Source of the DNA: a virus | Lineage: Duplodnaviria; Heunggongvirae; Uroviricota; Caudoviricetes | IMG/VR virus record: IMGVR_UViG_3300032007_000003 | Location: 96,001 to 160,000 of that record | Length of the DNA: 64,000 bases | Strand: one strand, 5' to 3' | Shown: one piece after another, positions 59,083 to 64,000 of the stretch | Numbering within the stretch: the stretch's first letter is position 1 | Layout: each line of letters begins with the position of its first letter | Notes under the pieces: model-generated | Databases searched by the model: none | Seen by the model: only the letters and a program-made list of their open reading frames with translations | Told to the model about the DNA's origin: nothing | Position numbers and translations under genes: made by a program

Positions 59083-59778
59083 TCAAGGGCGTGTACTACC
59101 TCTTTTAACTTTCTCATCACTCCAGTGGGTTAATTCCTTTATTTTTTTAATCCAATCGCTTCTATATTTGCTTTTGCTGACATCACCCATAAAAATGATA
59201 TATTTGAACTTATTTCTTTTTGATTCCTCTTCAACTTTATTATATAGTCTTATTCCATCTTGTTTATTTTTACAGATTACCATTTCAAGTTTTCCATTAC
59301 AATCCACTAATAGTTTATTCTTGTATATTTGTACTGTTTTAAACATGTATTTATTTTTGGCATCTGCTGAGATAAAATTATCAAATATCCATTTAAAATC
59401 TTTTCTTTGTATTCTTGGATGATAACCATATACCCAAAATGTCTCTTCGATGTTATATGGGGCACGGTCAATAACAATCCAATCATCGTCAGTTGTAGTA
59501 TAGTCAATGAATTCTCCAGAGTCAGTTCTAACTTTATTAATCAAACTCTCATTTTCATCCCTACATTTAATAATGACAAGTTCGTATTCAGATTCAATCA
59601 TTACATGTTCATGGTTATTAAATCTTATTGGAAACATTACTTTCTTATTTTCCTTTAATAACTTTTCAAACTGTTTATATATCTTTTCTTCTGTTGTATC
59701 TGAATATATCGTATGTAATTGTTTACCATGATTAATTAATATAATACTATATATTTTCTTTTTGTTTCTACGTGCCAT
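59083..59778 (-). CDS. Hypothetical protein
   Basis: ORF; ATG at 59778. Confidence 0.6.
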   Translation of the reverse strand: MARRNKKKIYSIILINHGKQLHTIYSDTTEEKIYKQFEKLLKENKKVMFPIRFNNHEHVMIESEYELVIIKCRDENESLINKVRTDSGEFIDYTTTDDDWIVIDRAPYNIEETFWVYGYHPRIQRKDFKWIFDNFISADAKNKYMFKTVQIYKNKLLVDCNGKLEMVICKNKQDGIRLYNKVEEESKRNKFKYIIFMGDVSKSKYRSDWIKKIKELTHWSDEKVKRGSTRP

Positions 59779-59780
59779 AA

Positions 59781-60119
59781 CTAAAACCAAATTTGTACTT
59801 CTTTTTTCCCATTTTCGTCTTCAGAAACACATAGGTCAGAACAATAACCATTGTTTGCTCCATAAGCCATACCATCATCTTCAAGTACAAGTAATTTAAC
59901 ATCATCATTTAATGCGCCATTATCTCTAACAAATTTTCTTAATTCTTTCATTGTTAATTGTTTAACTGGCCATCCTTGGAAATCGTATTGTTGTTCACCT
60001 CTGTGTTCTACCCTAGATAAAAAGAATAGAGTCTCATTGATGGCAGCTCTTTCACGTATATCTAGTTTATCATTTATTGTTAAGTTGTTTAATATTGTCA
60101 CTACTTCCTTTGTATCCAT
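59781..60119 (-). CDS. Hypothetical protein
   Basis: ORF. Confidence 0.6.
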   Translation of the reverse strand: MDTKEVVTILNNLTINDKLDIRERAAINETLFFLSRVEHRGEQQYDFQGWPVKQLTMKELRKFVRDNGALNDDVKLLVLEDDGMAYGANNGYCSDLCVSEDENGKKEVQIWF

Positions 60120-60169
60120 GTTTTTTTTCTTTAAAAGTTAATTATTTTTTAAATTTAATTAAATAAATA

Positions 60170-60201
60170 TTTGGAATTTTAACTTTTTTTTAATATCTTT
60201 G
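60170..60201 (+). promoter_or_regulatory. Bacteroidota-type promoter (near-leaderless transcript)
   Basis: TTTG-N20-TATCTTTG; the ATG follows 5 nt later. Confidence 0.75.
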
Positions 60202-60206
60202 CATAA

Positions 60207-60392
60207 ATGAAGATAGGTGATATTGTAGAATATAAGGGCAAAGAATATTATCTCTATAGCATATATAAAGGAGATTTGTGCAGAATAGTTAGATTTAGAG
60301 ATGGTAAATATACTCACACCAAGCAAGGCATTGAGTATTTAAATGCTAATATTGTGAACTTAAACATAAATGAACTAAAACTAATAATTTGA
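60207..60392 (+). CDS. Hypothetical protein
   Basis: 'MKIGDIVEYKG' start typical of small phage early proteins. Confidence 0.55.
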   Translation: MKIGDIVEYKGKEYYLYSIYKGDLCRIVRFRDGKYTHTKQGIEYLNANIVNLNINELKLII

Positions 60393-60395
60393 ATT

Positions 60396-60866
60396 ATGGC
60401 AAAATTTTTTGAAACGTCTGCTGATATAGCTGAATTGGCTCAAGCAAAGTTTGAAGAGACTGGTCTTCCACAGATGGGCATCGACTTAAAGGTTATATCA
60501 GTTACAAAATCTAAGAACGTATTGAAAGCAACTAAGGCTGGTGCAACAATACAATACCTAACAAAGAAAGATGCAATCCTTGTAATTTATGAAGAGGCTT
60601 TTGATAGACTTAGTGACGAATATAAGGAAAAACTTATGGAAGGTGCTATCAGCAACATTTCCTATGATACAGAAAAGGATAAGTTGAATGTTGATGGCGA
60701 TATTGCAAAGGAACTTTTCAGAATGCGTAGGAAGTATGAGAATTATGTTGACGTTATGGAGGCATCCTATATTGTAATTGAGGAAATTGAGGATGAAGAA
60801 CGCAGACGCAAGGAAGAAGAGAAACTAAAGAAAGCAGAAGAAAGGGCTGCTAAGAAGAAACAGTAA
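60396..60866 (+). CDS. Hypothetical protein, possibly a degenerate phage metallopeptidase fold
   Basis: 'ILVIYEEAFDRLSDEYKEKLMEGAIS' lacks HExxH. Confidence 0.4.
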   Translation: MAKFFETSADIAELAQAKFEETGLPQMGIDLKVISVTKSKNVLKATKAGATIQYLTKKDAILVIYEEAFDRLSDEYKEKLMEGAISNISYDTEKDKLNVDGDIAKELFRMRRKYENYVDVMEASYIVIEEIEDEERRRKEEEKLKKAEERAAKKKQ

Positions 60867-60872
60867 ATTGAT

Positions 60873-61094
60873 ATGACTAAAAGTTCTTATGGTAGGGTAA
60901 TGAAGAAAAAAAGTGAAAAACTTAGAGAAAAGGCTAAGAGAATGGTACTTAAGGAATACCCTAAACTCATGGAAGATGAGGAAATGAGAAAGAAAACATT
61001 TGCTGCAATTGATAATGCTAATGTAGCTGTTGATGCAAATGGAGAATTACAAATTATATATGAACCTAATAATGATTTAAAAAATTTAAAATAA
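60873..61094 (+). CDS. Hypothetical protein
   Basis: ORF. Confidence 0.55.
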   Translation: MTKSSYGRVMKKKSEKLREKAKRMVLKEYPKLMEDEEMRKKTFAAIDNANVAVDANGELQIIYEPNNDLKNLK

Positions 61095-61095
61095 A

Positions 61096-61800
61096 ATGAG
61101 CAATCTTAACAAAAATTGGATTAACCTTGTGTTTGTCATTGACAAATCTGGAAGTATGTATTCTTCAAAGGAAGATGTTGTTGGTGGCTTTGACAAGACC
61201 ATCACAGAGCAAAAGAAGGATAAGGATGGTAAGGTGACTGTATCACTTTTCACATTTAATGAAAAAGTAAATCAAGAATATCTTGGCGTAGATATTAATG
61301 ATATTGCAAAGTTCCATTATTCACCGGATGGTATGACGGCCATGAACGATGGTATTGGTACTGCAATTGACAAGGTTGGGGAATGGCTTTATGAGAAAGA
61401 TAAGAGAGGTGCAGAACTTCCAGGTAAGACACTCGTTGTTGTTATGACTGACGGTATGGAGAATGCATCAAAGGAATACACACTTAAGCAAGTTCAAGAG
61501 AAGATTAAGGAACAAACTGAGAAGTATTCTTGGGAATTCATCTACATGGGTACTGATATTACCACTTCAAAGGCAGCAGATGACCTTGGATTCAAGTTCA
61601 AGACTTATGGTTCTAGGAAGAAGTTTGCTAATAATTACGATATTATTAACTGTGCAACTACAGCGTATAGGTCAATGGCTAAGACTAGTGCTTCATTAGC
61701 AGATACTAGTGCATTGTTCTGTGCAACCCTTGATGAAGCAGCTACTAAGAATACAGCAGATTATGAGGCTGAGATTGGTAAGAAGATTACCAATACATAA
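61096..61800 (+). CDS. von Willebrand factor A (vWA) domain protein
   Basis: MIDAS residues 'DKSGSM', 'GMTAMND', 'MTDG.EN'. Confidence 0.88.
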   Translation: MSNLNKNWINLVFVIDKSGSMYSSKEDVVGGFDKTITEQKKDKDGKVTVSLFTFNEKVNQEYLGVDINDIAKFHYSPDGMTAMNDGIGTAIDKVGEWLYEKDKRGAELPGKTLVVVMTDGMENASKEYTLKQVQEKIKEQTEKYSWEFIYMGTDITTSKAADDLGFKFKTYGSRKKFANNYDIINCATTAYRSMAKTSASLADTSALFCATLDEAATKNTADYEAEIGKKITNT

Positions 61801-61848
61801 AAAATAACAAGGGGATTAGTGCAATCCCCTTTAATATTTCTTAACAAC

Positions 61849-62160
61849 ATGGAAGATAAAGAAAAAGACTTACAAGACATTGTAAATGAAATTAAGCCAA
61901 TAGTTAAATCAGTATATAGTGAGAATAGTAAAATCACGATATTGGAGAATGAGGTTGATGAATATGGAACTAAAACAATTACACTATGTGGAGGCTTAAA
62001 TGGATGTGGCGAATGGAAAAATTATTTTACTGACTTATCAAAGACATTTGAAGAACTAGAGAAAAATGGTTTCGATGTGTGGGTAATTAAGTTAGATAAC
62101 GATTGTGCAGACGATATATTTTATTGCAAAATTGGTATAAATAAAAAGAAAAATGAGTGA
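61849..62160 (+). CDS. Hypothetical protein
   Basis: ATG at 61849, after the hairpin at 61810-61832. Confidence 0.55.
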   Translation: MEDKEKDLQDIVNEIKPIVKSVYSENSKITILENEVDEYGTKTITLCGGLNGCGEWKNYFTDLSKTFEELEKNGFDVWVIKLDNDCADDIFYCKIGINKKKNE

Positions 62161-63046
62161 CATTAAGCTACTTGAAAAAATAAAGAATTACGATAAACCT
62201 TGGTGTTATCAATATCAGAAAAGGTTGGATACATTACAAGAGGATATGGAGAAATACGGATGGTCTCAAGAATATATCGACAATATTTCTTTGGATGATT
62301 TTGTATTTTCTTATATTGATTCAGTGGAAGATAAAAGGGAGGCTACCGAATTCATTAAACGATATGAATGGTTAGGTACAATTGGTTCTTTTCCAACGCA
62401 TTGGTTTGCAGCAAGATATAAGGGAATATTAGGCGGTGTTATCATTATGGGTATGCCAAATGCCTTTAGTAAATTATTGGGTGAAGAAACAAAAAACCTT
62501 GAGAGGTTGATTGCTAGAGGTGCATCTGCTTCATGGTGTCCATTCAATCTTGGTAGTAAATTTCTTATGTGGACTATAAAATGGATGGTGGAAAACACTA
62601 GATACCGTTTGTTCACTTGTTATAGTGACCCACAAGCAAAAGAAGTTGGAAGCATTTATCAAGGGCTTAATTTCTTCTATCTTGGGCAAGGTAGTGGTAC
62701 TACTGTTAGATGTGTTAATCCATACAACCAAGATAAAATTATCACAGATAGAGCATTTAGGGCAAGGAGTTTCTACAAGAGATACGCAAATGACCTTGGT
62801 ATCGAATGGCAGAAGAATTGGAATACAGACCAATGTATGCTATGGGAGAATGTTCCAGATGACATAGAGGAGAAACTTAGAAATTATTCCAAGGAAATGT
62901 ATGCGAAAGCTGAAAAAATACATTTTCCATCCAAGCATAAATACGCATTTATACTTGGAAGAGATAAACGAGAAACAAAAGCTCTTAGGAAGAGATTCTT
63001 AGAATTGAATAAAGTATACGAATATCCAAAGGAAAGAGGGAAATAA
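62153..63046 (+). CDS. Mom-family (GNAT-like) DNA adenine-modification protein
   Basis: 'EFIKRYEWLG', 'CYSDP...EVGSIYQGLNFFYLG', 'KHKY' match the Mom-like 'SxAD...G.IYQA.NF.Y.G' pattern. Confidence 0.7.
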   Translation: MSDIKLLEKIKNYDKPWCYQYQKRLDTLQEDMEKYGWSQEYIDNISLDDFVFSYIDSVEDKREATEFIKRYEWLGTIGSFPTHWFAARYKGILGGVIIMGMPNAFSKLLGEETKNLERLIARGASASWCPFNLGSKFLMWTIKWMVENTRYRLFTCYSDPQAKEVGSIYQGLNFFYLGQGSGTTVRCVNPYNQDKIITDRAFRARSFYKRYANDLGIEWQKNWNTDQCMLWENVPDDIEEKLRNYSKEMYAKAEKIHFPSKHKYAFILGRDKRETKALRKRFLELNKVYEYPKERGK

Positions 63047-63253
63047 ATGGCAAGTTTGGAATTACCGAAAAATCAGATTGTGTTAGGTGACTATATACCA
63101 ATGTATGAACCAGAAACATTGGAGGAAGCTTTAAGTCAGTTTGTGGGTGAAGTTAACAATGCAATCACTAGGCAAAGGATTATCTTCGCCTTGGATGAAT
63201 GGAACATGCGTAATGGAACTAACATAACAATTGACGATTTAGAATTAAATTAA
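63047..63253 (+). CDS. Small protein resembling a tail-sheath C-terminal fragment
   Basis: 'LEEALSQFVGEVNNAITRQRI'. Confidence 0.4.
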   Translation: MASLELPKNQIVLGDYIPMYEPETLEEALSQFVGEVNNAITRQRIIFALDEWNMRNGTNITIDDLELN

Positions 63254-63256
63254 GTT

Positions 63257-63448
63257 ATGATAGGATATAAAATAGAATATGGTACAGTTGGTCACGATTG
63301 CTGGGGTGCTCTTGAATTTTCTTGGGATGGTGACTACAATGGTATAGTTTACACAGACTATAACGAATGCGAAAAGGAAATGAATAAATTAAAGAAAGAA
63401 CACCCATACGACATGGAGTTCAGAATCTATAATGTTGAAATAAGATAA
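63257..63448 (+). CDS. Hypothetical protein
   Basis: ORF. Confidence 0.55.
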   Translation: MIGYKIEYGTVGHDCWGALEFSWDGDYNGIVYTDYNECEKEMNKLKKEHPYDMEFRIYNVEIR

Positions 63449-63451
63449 TAT

Positions 63452-64000
63452 ATGGCAATAGTAATTAATTTATTCGCAGGACCAGGTGTTGGTAAAAGCA
63501 CCACAGCAGCACGTATATTTGCTGAACTTAAACTAATGGGAGTCAACTGTGAAATGGCTCTTGAATTTGCAAAGGATAAAGTATGGGAAGAGTCATTTAA
63601 GACGATGGATGACCAAATTTATATCTTCGGTAAGCAATTTCATAAGATATGGAGATTAAAGGATAAGGTTGATGTAATCATAACAGATTCCCCTCTTCCA
63701 ATATCAATTGTTTATGATAAGGAGAATTCACAAGCATTCCACACATTAATAATGGAACAGTTCAATAAGTTCACCAACTTTAATTTCCTACTTGAGAGAG
63801 GTGGTGAGTATCAAACTGAGGGTAGAGTACAAACCGAAGAGGAAGCAAAGGAGGTTGACAATACTGTTAAGAGAGTTCTAGATGAGAATGGAATCAAGTA
63901 TACGACATTGCCTATTGATGGCGCATATAGTGTGATAACTGATTTTATAATGAGAGAATTTAAGTATCATACTAAACAAAATCTAACAATTATAAACGAA
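63452..64000 (+). CDS. P-loop kinase/ATPase (AAA_28/NadR-like), runs off the window
   Basis: 'INLFAGPGVGKST', 'EFAKD.VWE', 'VIITDSP', 'Y...GR.Q..EEA'. Confidence 0.8.
   Translation, partial: MAIVINLFAGPGVGKSTTAARIFAELKLMGVNCEMALEFAKDKVWEESFKTMDDQIYIFGKQFHKIWRLKDKVDVIITDSPLPISIVYDKENSQAFHTLIMEQFNKFTNFNFLLERGGEYQTEGRVQTEEEAKEVDNTVKRVLDENGIKYTTLPIDGAYSVITDFIMREFKYHTKQNLTIINE

Noticed and set aside
58895-59422. 175-aa hydrophobic plus-strand ORF
   Set aside because: It is antisense to two lysine-rich minus-strand genes, and its hydrophobicity is an artefact of the complementary codons.
1-64000. TAG stop-codon recoding as in Lak or some crAss-like phages
   Set aside because: Genes are full-length and tightly packed under code 11, and TAG ends apparently real genes (13720, 53150, 53993).
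1-64000. tRNA or rRNA genes
   Set aside because: No cloverleaf or T-loop signature was seen, and the intergenic gaps are short and explained by promoters and terminators.

Overview
This AT-rich, densely coding window has no rRNA, tRNA or CRISPR array. It is a segment of a large (jumbo-type) myovirus-like phage genome that uses the standard genetic code; TAG serves as a true stop. The host is very probably a Bacteroidota bacterium: seven intergenic promoters match the Bacteroidota TTTG-N19/20-TAnnTTT(G/A) layout, and rfbC looks Bacteroides/Prevotella-like. Genes cover T4-like functions (gp55-like late sigma factor, gp46/SbcC, primase, RuvC-like resolvase, SNF2 helicase, PhoH, neck, tail-completion and gp5-like baseplate proteins) and two repeat-rich fibre proteins. 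There are also lysis genes (GH108 endolysin, T-like holin, spanin candidate), an RpoD-like sigma factor, three zinc-ribbon/PD-(D/E)XK homing endonucleases, a Mom-like DNA modifier and a dispersed glycosylation toolkit. Main observations: (1) About a dozen unrelated late-expressed proteins share a portable tag, 'IIRLTESDLH..V.E.V...L.E' or 'KI(I/V).(I/L)NESQ..RLFE'. It is fused to different cargoes, including a protein kinase, and looks like a capsid-targeting and protease-processing system for injected effectors. (2) A 194-aa ORF looks like a miniaturised major capsid protein, and a 68-aa ORF looks like a tail-sheath fragment. (3) Three promoter classes can be read from the DNA, including a late motif (G)ATATTTATA that is the reverse complement of the T4 late promoter. 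(4) Late promoters point into short structured non-coding stretches next to the late-sigma gene and phoH. All family assignments come from motif recognition by eye; no searches were run.
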